A stretch of DNA of 63,992 nucleotides, filler included, from Catajapyx aquilonaris (taxonomy: Eukaryota): assembly GCA_000934665.2 (NCBI GenBank). It is 4 parts of 4 records of this genome, joined end to end, with 100 filler letters (N's around TTAATTAATTAA, not from the genome) between each part and the next. Parts side by side here need not be neighbours in the genome. Positions count along the whole stretch, not along the records: positions 1 to 16,049 come from JYFJ02007309.1; positions 16,150 to 32,200 come from KZ539668.1; 2 more parts are not named here. One strand, 5' to 3'. The translations under genes were made by a program, and so were the position numbers. Positions 12,347 to 22,900 of the stretch are shown one piece after another (position 1 is the stretch's first letter; each line of letters opens with the position of its first letter). The notes under the pieces were generated by a model. The model did no database searches. It was not told where the DNA came from and saw nothing but the letters and a program-made list of their open reading frames with translations.

Positions 12347-14109
12347 CTGCAGCTTCAAAATTCTTTTTGTCTAATAATTTATATCTTATTATGTCTCAGT
12401 CAATGCTATTCATTGGGTGCAAAAGTTTTTTTCGTCTGCACAGTAAATTGCAAAGCATTAAAAGAGCATCACTACATCAATACCATATGGAGCATTAAGT
12501 GAGAAGTGTATGGAACATTATACAGTATTGTCAATGTTAAAATGGAGCGTTAATAAGTGAGGGCTTCTTAATAGCTTAATGCTCACTTAATGCTTTGCTG
12601 TTCACAGTAGTGTAGTTACTTTTATGCTGTCACATCCCAGGTAGCACAGAAAGTCTGTACAATGTAGCACAGACATCTAGACCTCTGTGGAAAATCTCCA
12701 GATATTCAGACATCTCCTCTACGTCTGACTGATATCTACATATCATGCATATCTGACATCTTTTTAAGACATCGTGCAGATATCTACAACAGATCTACAA
12801 ATGCTGTAAAGCCATATGAATATCTTACAGACGTTAATATGCGTCTAAGGTAGACATGTAACATCACGGCCTTAATTGTGGGTCCAATCGTGTTCATGGA
12901 TTTTTGCTCCCCTATCCCAATTCTCCTGCTGGGGTAGTTATATACATTCTGTAGACGAGGTAAGGAAGCCTAAAAAGACGGCTGAGGCCCAGTTCATGGA
13001 GTGTAAGTGCACGTCTTGTGTTTGGGATTTGGGGTGATACCAAGGCGGCCAATGAATAAACATCAGCACACCTCAGGCCCGTATTCAGGAGGAGAAGCTG
13101 GGAGGGGCAGAGGGTAATATTGGTCGGGCAAAAATTTTGCAATTAAATTTGATATTTTTCTGTTTTAAGGTGCGCTTCAAATATAAAAATGTAACCAATA
13201 TGAAATTCTTGGGAGCATACTCGTAAACTGGAATATAATAATACGAGAGAATCCGGAACGTAACTTCCATTTTATATTAGAAAAACAATAATGCACCCTC
13301 TGAATTTTTATTATACACATCTGTAAGCTTCAATTCTTTGCTTTTTTGCTTTTTTTTTCAACATAGTTTCCAGCCAAATTGAGGCATTTGTCGTAGTGTT
13401 ACACAAGATTATGCACGTCTATGTCACAGAAGTTTGCCATCAGCCATTTTCCCGTCTCTGAATGCTGGACTTGCTAATCCTGCTCGTCATGGTGAAACCT
13501 TTGCTTTGTATGCCATTTCTTCATGTTCATGGACAGGTGGTAATCACTAGGTGGTGAATACCAGCTCTAATGAGGTGATCGAACAAGTCTCACTTGAATT
13601 GTTGCAGCAGAGTTCCAGTACGCAAGGCAGAATGTGGGCGGGCATATATTGTCATTCCAGAAAAAAAACCCGGAACTCAATCTGCTGCAACAATTCAAGT
13701 GAGAAGAAGATATTGTTCGATCACCCTCGTTAGAGCCGAGATTCAGCACCTAGCGATTACCACCTGCCAATGAACATGAAGAAATGGCATGCAAAGCATA
13801 TCCCAAGTGGCAAAGCGATGTCACATTCAGGTGATTATTTGGTGACACTGGGCATAATGACTTCCGTGACCAGAATATCACCTGTTTATTGACGTCATAA
13901 TTCGACGTAATAATGACCTGACGAAGACATACGAAATATTCACGTGATAATGACGTCATAATTAATGACCTACTAAAATATAGTAGACTACATATTTTGT
14001 AGTCTTTATACACACATGCTGGATTTATTTGTCTAATTTTCTGAAATTAGGGTCTAATGCGATGATCTATAGCAGTGCGGAAAATTTCCGGAGGTAATAA
14101 AGGCCATAC

Positions 14110-14899
14110 TACCCTATCTTGTACCTGGGGCCCGTTGTATTTAAAGGCCGCTTGAGGAGCACGGCATATGCAAACTTCATGGCCTTGCATGTGGCAATAT
14201 TTATTTTGGCCAGTCCCACACTGTACCTCAACCACAACAAATTCGCAGAAGATATGTGTGTATTTTGTAAAAACGTACATCCTTACATATGGAGCTGAAG
14301 AGGTCTCCTATAACATCCATGGCTTGATCCATTTAGCCGCTGATGCTGCTGTGCATGGATCATTAGATCAATTTAGTGCATTTCGGTTTGAAAACCATCT
14401 GCAAGTGCTGAAGAAGATGCTTCGAGGGTACATAAAACCATTACAGCAGATTGCCAGGCAAGTAGTAGAGAAGTCATCATCATCATCACCCGTAGAAGGA
14501 GCCAGTAGGAAAAAAACTATACTCATGACAAAATTACACAGCGCTGGACCTCTGCCTCCATTGTGCACCAATCCACAACATTTGCAGGCAATTTTCCCAA
14601 ATTACACGCTGGGCATGGATAAAGACAAGGCTTGCTGTTGCCTGAAAGATAGTTCTATTGTGGAAGTAGTGAACTTTGCAACTTCAACCGTCACAGGCGA
14701 GACTGTCCTTGTTGGCAGGAAATATGAGAAATCAGAACCTTTCTACACTTATCCGGTGAATTCTGAGTTGGGTGTAGTGCTGGTGGATAAACTTGGGGCA
14801 ATTTCAGTTTGGCCATTAAAGGTCATAAAATGTAAGTGTGTACGATTGCCACTAAAAAGCAAGTGGGTAGTGTTCCCAATGGTTCACACTGTGGCATGA
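14110..14899 (+). pseudogene. EnSpm/CACTA-type transposase C-terminal part (frameshifted near 14250)
   Basis: YLGPVVFKGRL..Y.NFMALHVAIFILASP, then YNIHGLIHLAAD..HGSLDQFSAFRFENHLQVLKKMLR..KPLQQI motifs. Confidence 0.85.
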
Positions 14900-15074
14900 A
14901 CAAGGCAATGAAATAACATAAGCTTGGCACCAGATGCTGTGAATCCTGTGATGCACTTGAAACTCCCAAAGAAAGATTTCTAATAATAAAGGTTTGTCAT
15001 GTCCTACTGGTATGTTTGAACCTGACGTGATAGCAGCTCCCAATAATACAAGTCACTTTTCAGAATCAGTCATT

Positions 15075-15816
15075 ATGCCATACACTGTCGTCGAGTTTGA
15101 CAACACAAATGACGTGGAGGCGGTTCCCAGCAATTGGGTGACCCCTGCAGATGGAAGCAGTAATGGTGCAGTCACTTGCTTTTGGCCGCCGTACCGCAAC
15201 ATTGCCACTGCTTTGAACAAACAAGAAGTACCAGACATTAGCAAGTGGATTCTCTACAAGGGCCGGGAGCTATACTCATGTGGTAAAAGTTTAATCACTA
15301 TCTTTTTTATATTACCTTTGGGTAAAAGGGTTAAGCAGAATTGCAGACTGAATGCTGCATGTAAATTGGTAAAGCTCAACCACACCAAGTGCAATATATT
15401 GTACCAATTATTCAATGCTAGAAAATGAAACTAGTGAAAACAGCTTGCAAGTGAAGCTCACGATTAAATAATTATTATATCGATTCCAATATTACAGGCG
15501 GTAAACTGATTTGTGTACAATAATCGCAAGTCAGTGCAGAATATTCGCATATATTTTGCTTTATTTCCATGTACAATTTCAGAGAAGCTTCTCGATGCCA
15601 GGAAGAGGGCCAATAAGGAGGCAAAACGCGTAACAGGTGTGTGCACCACTGACAGTGATAATCTAGGACGAGGACAGAGGAAGAAGGTACCACCTGCCCC
15701 CTACTCACCAACAAGAACGAGTGACAGCGACAGTGACAGTAACACCAACGGGCGGCCCACACCAGAGCTGACCTTGCCTAAGCCTCCACGGCTTACAAAA
15801 TATGTCCAACATAAAG
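15075..15816 (+). CDS. Transposon accessory gene (DUF4806-associated N-terminus), spliced, truncated by the gap
   Basis: Exons 15075-15282 (MPYTVVEF..VEAVPSNW..CFWPPY) and 15583-15816 (..TTDSDNLGRGQRKK..); GT-AG, phase consistent. Confidence 0.7.
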
Positions 15817-16049
15817 GTAAGTGTTTCAGTTCAGGTTTTTCCACTTGTGTCTTTTCCTAAAAGTCTTCTTCATTTTTCTCAAACCAACCTCATGTCAGGC
15901 TTCCAACACCTATAGCTTTGGGGTCGTCCATAAGTCACGTGACATTTTTTGTTCCTATTGAGACTGCATTCTTACATGACAATGCTATATTGCAAGACAT
16001 ATAACGGTGGTATAATATTAAAAGAGACGAACACTATTAAAGAGCCCAT

Positions 16050-16149
16050 NNNNNNNNNNNNNNNNNNNNNNNNNNNNNNNNNNNNNNNNNNNNTTAATTA
16101 ATTAANNNNNNNNNNNNNNNNNNNNNNNNNNNNNNNNNNNNNNNNNNNN
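16050..16149. other. Artificial contig spacer
   Basis: 44 N + TTAATTAATTAA (stops in six frames) + 44 N. Confidence 0.98.
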
Positions 16150-17211
16150 GGGGGTGACGGAAAAGGGGGGTGGCAAAAGGGAGGTTCGGGCCTCGGACCC
16201 TAGGGGGGGTTAGGGAGGCTCTAGCAGGGTATGGCAACAGTGAGGGAACGTACGGGGAAGGGGCCCAGGTTTATAAGCGGCCTGCGCTGGGGCGGGGTGG
16301 GGAGGGTTAGCCGGAGGGAGGGGTGGAGGAAAAGCGGAGGTGGGGCTGGGGCTGGGTTGGGGGTCGGGGGTTGGGCGGCTGCCTGGCGGGCCAACTCCTG
16401 CAGATAGCGCTTGTTGGCTTCCCGCCGGATGGTGGCTCTGATTGCCACCTGGCGGTCGAATTCCCGCCTCGCTGCTTCTTGGGCCGCCTGGGCTGCTTCC
16501 TTCAGCAGAGCCTTGGTCTTCTGCTGCCGACCTCCGCGGCAACCCCGCTTTGTCTCGCCGCCGCCTTCCTTGTCCTCGCTGCCGCCTTCCTTCTTCTTGC
16601 CTCTCCTATTGTCGGCCGGCATCGACGTAAGGCGTCGCTGAGAGCGAGGGGTGAGAGGGCTTTAACCCGCAGCTGAAGAGCGCAGAGTTAAAGGGGGTGG
16701 GAATCTATGCCTGTGCAGCAGCTACAAAGAGCGCTAGGCCAAGTGAGGAAAGGTGAGGTAGGTGAAAGGTGAGGGGGTTAGGGAGTTCAGAAAAAGACGC
16801 AACACGACTCTCCTGCTCCAATGCTTCCACTTTGGTTTCCACAATGTTTCCACCTCAGCTTCAGCTTGCTTTATTCTGCCCACCGGCTTCGTGTTATAGC
16901 CCTTTTGACTTCACAAGAATGTATTAAACTGGTGCATTATTGGTTCGTGGTGCTTATCTACTAATGTAACACTCTATTTTCACAATTGATTGGGGTTTCT
17001 ATCCGATCCATAACATTTGTTTGTTTAGTAAAATTGCTCTAAAAATTCCAGTTGAGTCTGAAATATTCGAGATCTGCTTTTCAATTTTTGATCGTTCGTC
17101 GCGCCCTCTGCTTTCACTCTACTGTGGGTTGGTTCGGGTCCTCACTTCCCCTTCTGCACCCTGCCGGCCCCTGCTGCACCCTACCGGGACTTTGTCAACT
17201 TTCTCTCTTTC

Positions 17212-17400
17212 TCACGCTACACTGCAGTCTTCACCAGTTCTCCGCCCCGGCACAGGTTTGCCCGCATGATTTGTGTGGGGGAGCCCAGAAACCTTCTCTT
17301 TGATCATGGTTCGCTTGTGTTTCAGCTTACGTCGTTTTCGTGGCTGGTCAGTCACTTTCACATCGCCAACTTCCCCCTCCCACAGCCGCGGAACATCCAT
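17212..17400 (-). pseudogene. Sola1-like transposase N-terminal fragment
   Basis: Basic patch then SGLPHTNHAGKPVPGRRTGEDC, resembling the region before the Sola1 Cys motif (compare 24250-24400). Confidence 0.4.
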
Positions 17401-18469
17401 GTTCTGGGAGAAGTTAAAACGTTGGGTAAAACATGCCTACAAAATACGTACAAACTGAATCACAGTACCTGACAGCGTGCTTCAATCACAAGCAATGATG
17501 TAAGACGCCATGTTGTCACCAGCAGGGTGCCGAAACCAGACGCCATTGTCGCCGTCCGACTTTACACCCGGGCCCGGCTAAACAGGCGGGAGGGGCGGGA
17601 GCCGGGAGCACCTGCGATCTGTACCGTGATCTGTAACAAACGTCTGGTCAGACTGGTAAGACTCCAAGAACATATTCGTATTAAGTCGAGCTGCAGGTGC
17701 GGCAGGGTGCCGCCTGTACCCCCTGCTTATGCACCTGTATTAAATGCCTCTTCAGGTTATTGCTCTTACTGAAGGTCTTGTCACACAAACTGCAGGTTCG
17801 TGCCGTGTCCATGCTGAGCACATGCTGAGAGCTGTGATCTACACCCATAATGGCGGCCATCTTGGAATTGCCATCAGCGCCTCGATAGGCCGCGGCGCTT
17901 GCGAATAGGTTGTGGCGATTTTTATAACCAGCTTTATGACATGGTTGTCATCTACCTGTGTGTCATACTGATGGTCATGTAATGAACTAAAAATGTATTT
18001 TCCCTATAGCAGTTCTAAAACACTGCTGATAACGTTTCTCAATATAATATCCATACGTCCCTGCTTGCTTTTGCTTCCTGGAGCCTTGCGTTTCCTTTCT
18101 TGCGATGGTGCCGGAATCTGGTATGACAATGATGGCTGCAGGGGGGATGGGTTGTTGGTGCTAACAGTTACGCCTGACAATGGTGAAGTAAGCAGCATGG
18201 GATTAGGGACAGCTTGCAGAGATGGGCTCTGGTTGATCATGCCATCCAAACCAGGCAATGGTGTAGCCATCCGTAGCAGATGATTGGAGGAAGGAGGGAT
18301 AAGATATCCACGAGGCAGGCTAGGTGGCAGTGTAGACAGCACAATGGAAGGCTGTTGTGGCGCTGGGTATCTTATGACACCAGGGCAGACACGAGGTTGT
18401 GTGCTTGCAGGAGCTGACACGCACAGGGCCTTGGAAACAAGGCTTGTGTTGCTCCATCTGGTTGAGTGC

Positions 18470-18580
18470 AGAGCACTGCTGCAGCCACCACAACGGAGAC
18501 CTACATCCACTTGTCTGACTACATAACCTGCAATGTATTCTGTCACGTCCTCTACGCACACAGAGAGGGAGCTGCTTAGT
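18470..18580 (-). pseudogene. P-element/THAP9 transposase C-terminal fragment
   Basis: EDVTEYIAGYVVRQV..CGGC. Confidence 0.8.
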
Positions 18581-18593
18581 TCTATTCACTTAC

Positions 18594-18825
18594 CACACTT
18601 GTACTTCACTATTGCATTTTCATGGAGTACCCAGAGTTTTTCATCTGGCTTCTCCTTCTGCACAATATATTGCTTTTGTGGGATTGCGGTAAGGAGGCCA
18701 CCAACAAGAAGCATTTTGTTGAGAGTAGTTGTTATCCGGAGATGGCATTGCCCAAACAGATGGCACGGCATCAATGGTTGGGAATGAGTCGCTCGTTGAT
18801 GGTGGGAATTCGATTACCGAATTTG
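18594..18825 (-). pseudogene. EnSpm-type accessory gene first exon (frameshifted)
   Basis: SVIEF..IDAVPSVW..CWWPPYRN..; ends at a GTAAGT donor in the same position as the paralog at 15075-15282. Confidence 0.7.
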
Positions 18826-18829
18826 TTTC

Positions 18830-18990
18830 CATTTATTACTTTCAACCTTGATCTTGTCAACAACATGATTGACAATTGAAGTACATCTCATTGCTCCCTT
18901 ACTTGCTTCTTTCCATGCAATATAGTTTTCCTTCTGCAAGTTAGAATTTTTATGGCTTGGAATGCGATCCTTCAATTTTCTCCACCCTAA
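18830..18990 (-). pseudogene. hAT (ZMYM1-like) transposase fragment
   Basis: WRKLKDRIPSHKNS..NYIAWK..IKVESNKWKQI motif. Confidence 0.65.
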
Positions 18991-19335
18991 CAAATCCTTC
19001 TCAACAGTTTCTCTACTGCTGGTAAGACTGTTTGGTACATGTAAACTGTTAACGTCATCAAATTGCAAGCAGTTTCCTGCACGTGAGATTTGAACCTCAT
19101 TTTTTTTACAAGCAAGCGTTTATAAGATGATTGGAATTGTCGAACAGTTGGATTGTTATTCCACCCTCCTCTTGCCCTTACACATCCGAAAAAAATCTCC
19201 AGATGGTCCTGTGACAACTTGTAGGTCAGCAAATAGTTAAGAGAGGTACTATCAGGCAGTACAAAATCCCTGTAGATCTGTCTAATACTATGCATGTCAA
19301 CGATTAAACCCAAAAATCCTGTCTTTTTGCTATGT
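18991..19335 (-). pseudogene. P-element/THAP9 transposase fragment
   Basis: KKTGFLGL..YLLTYKLSQDHLEIFFGCVRARGGWNNNPTVRQFQSSYKRLL, then frameshift to ..AGNCLQFD. Confidence 0.92.
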
Positions 19336-19641
19336 TGGGTCTTGGTCTTCATGGGTTCTTGTAGTAATACTCAGGAGCCGGGAAGGTACTGAGGGTGTAT
19401 TTAGTCCTTTAGGTGGGCAGTGTAGGGTGCTAGGGTTTCAATGCCATTATATGTGGTCGCTAATGTAATCCCATGGAGTATGAAAATGTATTATTTTTTG
19501 GAACTTGAAGACGTCATAACTTTTGCAAATATGGGATTCCGCACGAAATATTTCATTTTTGGGTATCATATATTGTCCTGTATTAGCATGATCAATTTCA
19601 TCAAGATCCGTCATTATCACCCCGTGATCTTCCCTTGTGAG

Positions 19642-19996
19642 ATGGCGCTTACAGTCAGAAATCACCACAAAATTTAATGGAATTACGTTTTCTGATGCTG
19701 TTGGGCGGAAGTAGCAAGCAAATGGATGAACTGTTGCCTGAGAATTATTCCAATGCATTCCCTGGGCACTATCTTGTAGTACAAAGGAATAATTCTCCGA
19801 AAAATCAGCCACAACGACGACATGTCCAACTTCCAGGTTTTGTCTGCACTCGCGGAAGTATTGCGACTGTTTCTTGGAAATATAGTCATGCTTCACCACT
19901 TTCGGTATGCTTCCTAAAAGAGTTTTGGTGAATATTTCACATGGGTCGTTCATGGTCTTCAAAGTGCACCAGTCAACTTGAACCCAGTTCTGATAT
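19642..19996 (-). pseudogene. Sola2-type transposase fragment (downstream half of an interrupted gene)
   Basis: DFSENYSFVLQD..QGMHWNNSQATVHPF..FVVISD motif. Confidence 0.75.
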
Positions 19997-22900
19997 CGTC
20001 CCTGTAAATGCAAAACCCGCTATGTGGAGAATTAATGATTTTACAGGGGAGCAAAAAAAACTACCCAGTTCATGCGTTCCTCTTACAGCAGTCAAAATAT
20101 AAATATTATGAGAATGGTTACTATATGGGGCACTACTTCCAACTAATTTACTGTACCTGGTCTATTGCATACCATTAACATAAAATAAAAATCTACATAA
20201 TGGCCACATAGCAGCTTTCGCCTGTCAATTTCATCGCACATAGCGGCTTTTGTCAATAATGTCAGTGAATTTTTTCCAGTCAGTGCCACACACAGAATGA
20301 AACAATTATTCTAGTCTTTACATCAGAAAAGTCTTTATTTCTGAGTTGATAACCCTGAAAACATCATTTCCATATTTATCAAAAGTAGCACAAACATGAG
20401 ATTGGTTGGCTCCAGCGGCGAAGGGTGTACAGCTTTTTAGGCTCGCGATGGAATAATCCTGCCTTTACAACACGTTTCCATGACACCTGCCTTTAGCTAC
20501 TCATAATGTAACGCATCATAAAACGGATGGTAGTCCTTTGGAATTACAGACTTGAGAGCCTGTAGATCATCGTACTTCCTCTTGGTGATCCTCGGTGGTT
20601 TCAAGTGTAGCGGAGGGGGAGGTGCTGCATGAGGATTGGACTTGCGACGTTGTGGGAGATCCAGCCACAAATCGCTATGGTTCAACTTGTACTTCACTTC
20701 CCCCTGGCTTGTGTATAGCAGTGCACGTATATCATGAACCGTTGCATCTCCACTTCGCCGGCCTGGTCTGATGGACGAAAAGTTGGTTTCAGATTTTTCA
20801 TGATTCATAAAAAAAGTGTGATCTAAATGCCAGACGGTGTATGGCTGCTTTTTCCTGGCCTCCCTCATCTTGACGAGATAGTCGCTTGGAGCATATAAAG
20901 GTGGTCTGAATATCGACTCCAATGTTGAGTGTACGCTATCAGCCTCCATCATAGTATGCCCTTTCTCCAAAATCAGTTGCTCTATGTCAATTTTTCTCTT
21001 TTTTGCCAAATCGCACTGGACAATATCCTGTTCTTGTTTTGGTAACCACATCCATCAGAGATCAGTATGACATGGGTGCACTGTGGTGGGAGGTTTTCGA
21101 TATCCTCCTGAGACCTGGTGTTGTCATATGTCGACATCAGCAAAAGATTTTTTTGGCGCCAACCAGTGATGCCAACAGAACTGTAATCTGTTGGTATCCC
21201 ATGGTTACAATCTGGCCTCAATAGCTGTAGCCACCTAGCGTCGAATATCTGGCTTGGGCCGCGAAAATTAAATCGCGGACAAAATGGCGGATTCCGCTGC
21301 TGAAGCTAGGCGCTCATCTGATCAGTTTTATTTTTTTTACTCATATTTAGAATGCGATTTTCGCAATGCAGTGAATGTCCTGGGATTCGCAAGGAATGTG
21401 TCTTAGGAACTGCGAAAAGATGATTCTGTGACAATCTTTGTTGCTGTAGAGAACTGGTCATTTTCTTTTCTTCCTGAGACCAAATGTCCATTTAAATGGA
21501 CATCCGAAAAATGGCATTTTTAGCTGAATGGGTGTGACTTTTCTTTACGTGCCTGTACCTATACACCGCATAAGGAAGTGGGCTTTTCACTATGCAGTTC
21601 AGTTTTAAAATCTAGAATAGCATGGTACCACTTTAGCGGGTAAGAAGGGAAGGAGCAAGCCCCATGCCTGGAGTGGTGGCGTTAAAAAATAATTTCATTT
21701 ATCTCTAATTGTCTTCTGAGAGGAATTGCTACCACTAATTCCACAAAGGAATTTTAAAAACATTGTTTGGAGGATGGAGCACTATGTGAGTGATCCATTA
21801 AGTGGTATTTCAATTTTCAGCTTTCATCCGTTCTGCTTCTGTAGCACCAATTGGGTCCTAATGTTCTCATTGGTTGTTTGTCGCCATTTTTGTCGATATT
21901 TTAAAACTAAATTTTTTTTCTCGTTTCTTATTGGGAACATGTTCAGAAAATGCAATAGGAACTGACATTGCGTTAAAAAATTCGTCTCAGGTCTCAGGAG
22001 GATATAGTGAACGATACATGACACGAACTCGTTACAACTCGGCCGTTTTTTGGCAAAAGGCATTAACCCGCATCACTGTAGTTTGGAGATAATCGAGTTT
22101 GAATGGTTTTCCCCTGCCGAAGTCAGGTAATATAGTGAGACAAATGCTTGGTGTCATTTTACAACCATGTCAGAATTCTCCTCCTTTGCAATGCACTGAC
22201 ATTACTGATTCATGGGTCCAAGGTCAGCAATGTGACCAAACATGTGGATAATGCCCTTTGCCAAGACAATAATGATTTGAGTAGACATGCCTTTTTATAG
22301 GTCACAAGGCATTAAGCCACCCCATACCATCCATTAAAAATGTGATTTTCCTGCAAAAATGGGGTTGTTACTAAAAATCTTTTTACTCCAAAAATGCTTA
22401 ATGTTGAAATTTCCCCTTGACGCTATTATTATTCCAATAATTCCTAAGCAAACATACTGTGTGAGACTTAGTAGCCTACGGTAAAATAAATAAATGTCAT
22501 AACATCGCAATTTGAGTAACACGACTGAAATGAAGAGATTGCAGTATTGGAACACAAATACGTGAAACACGTCATCCTCTGTTACACTACAAAGAAATGC
22601 CACATATCATGATGTTTTTTTTCGGTTAAGGCCACTTTATTAATAATATAAATGCGTCACAATTACATTTGTATTACAATTCAATGAACGTGGCCCGTTA
22701 GGGTTCATAAGTGCTAAGAAGATCCTGCGAACTCTCGCTGGCAGGCAAGTTGTTCCAAAACATCCTGCAGTTTACTGGCATTTTAGGGACCAATAGCTTA
22801 ACAATGTCATCTTTCTTCCTTTTTGCGATTCTGCGTGGTGCTGTAACTGTTGATTGTGGAATGACAAGTCCCACCTTTTTCTTGATGAAGGGAATTTCTG

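Larger units (their letters stand above)
12636..16049 (+). mobile_element. Decayed CACTA/EnSpm-type (CMC) DNA transposon, right end lost at the contig break
   Basis: Terminus CCCAGGTAGCACAG followed by many AGAYATCT-type subterminal repeats (12670-12860); transposase remnant and accessory gene lie downstream. Confidence 0.7.

Noticed and set aside
16094..16105. TTAATTAATTAA as a biological repeated motif
   Set aside because: It is always centred in N runs: an assembly linker.
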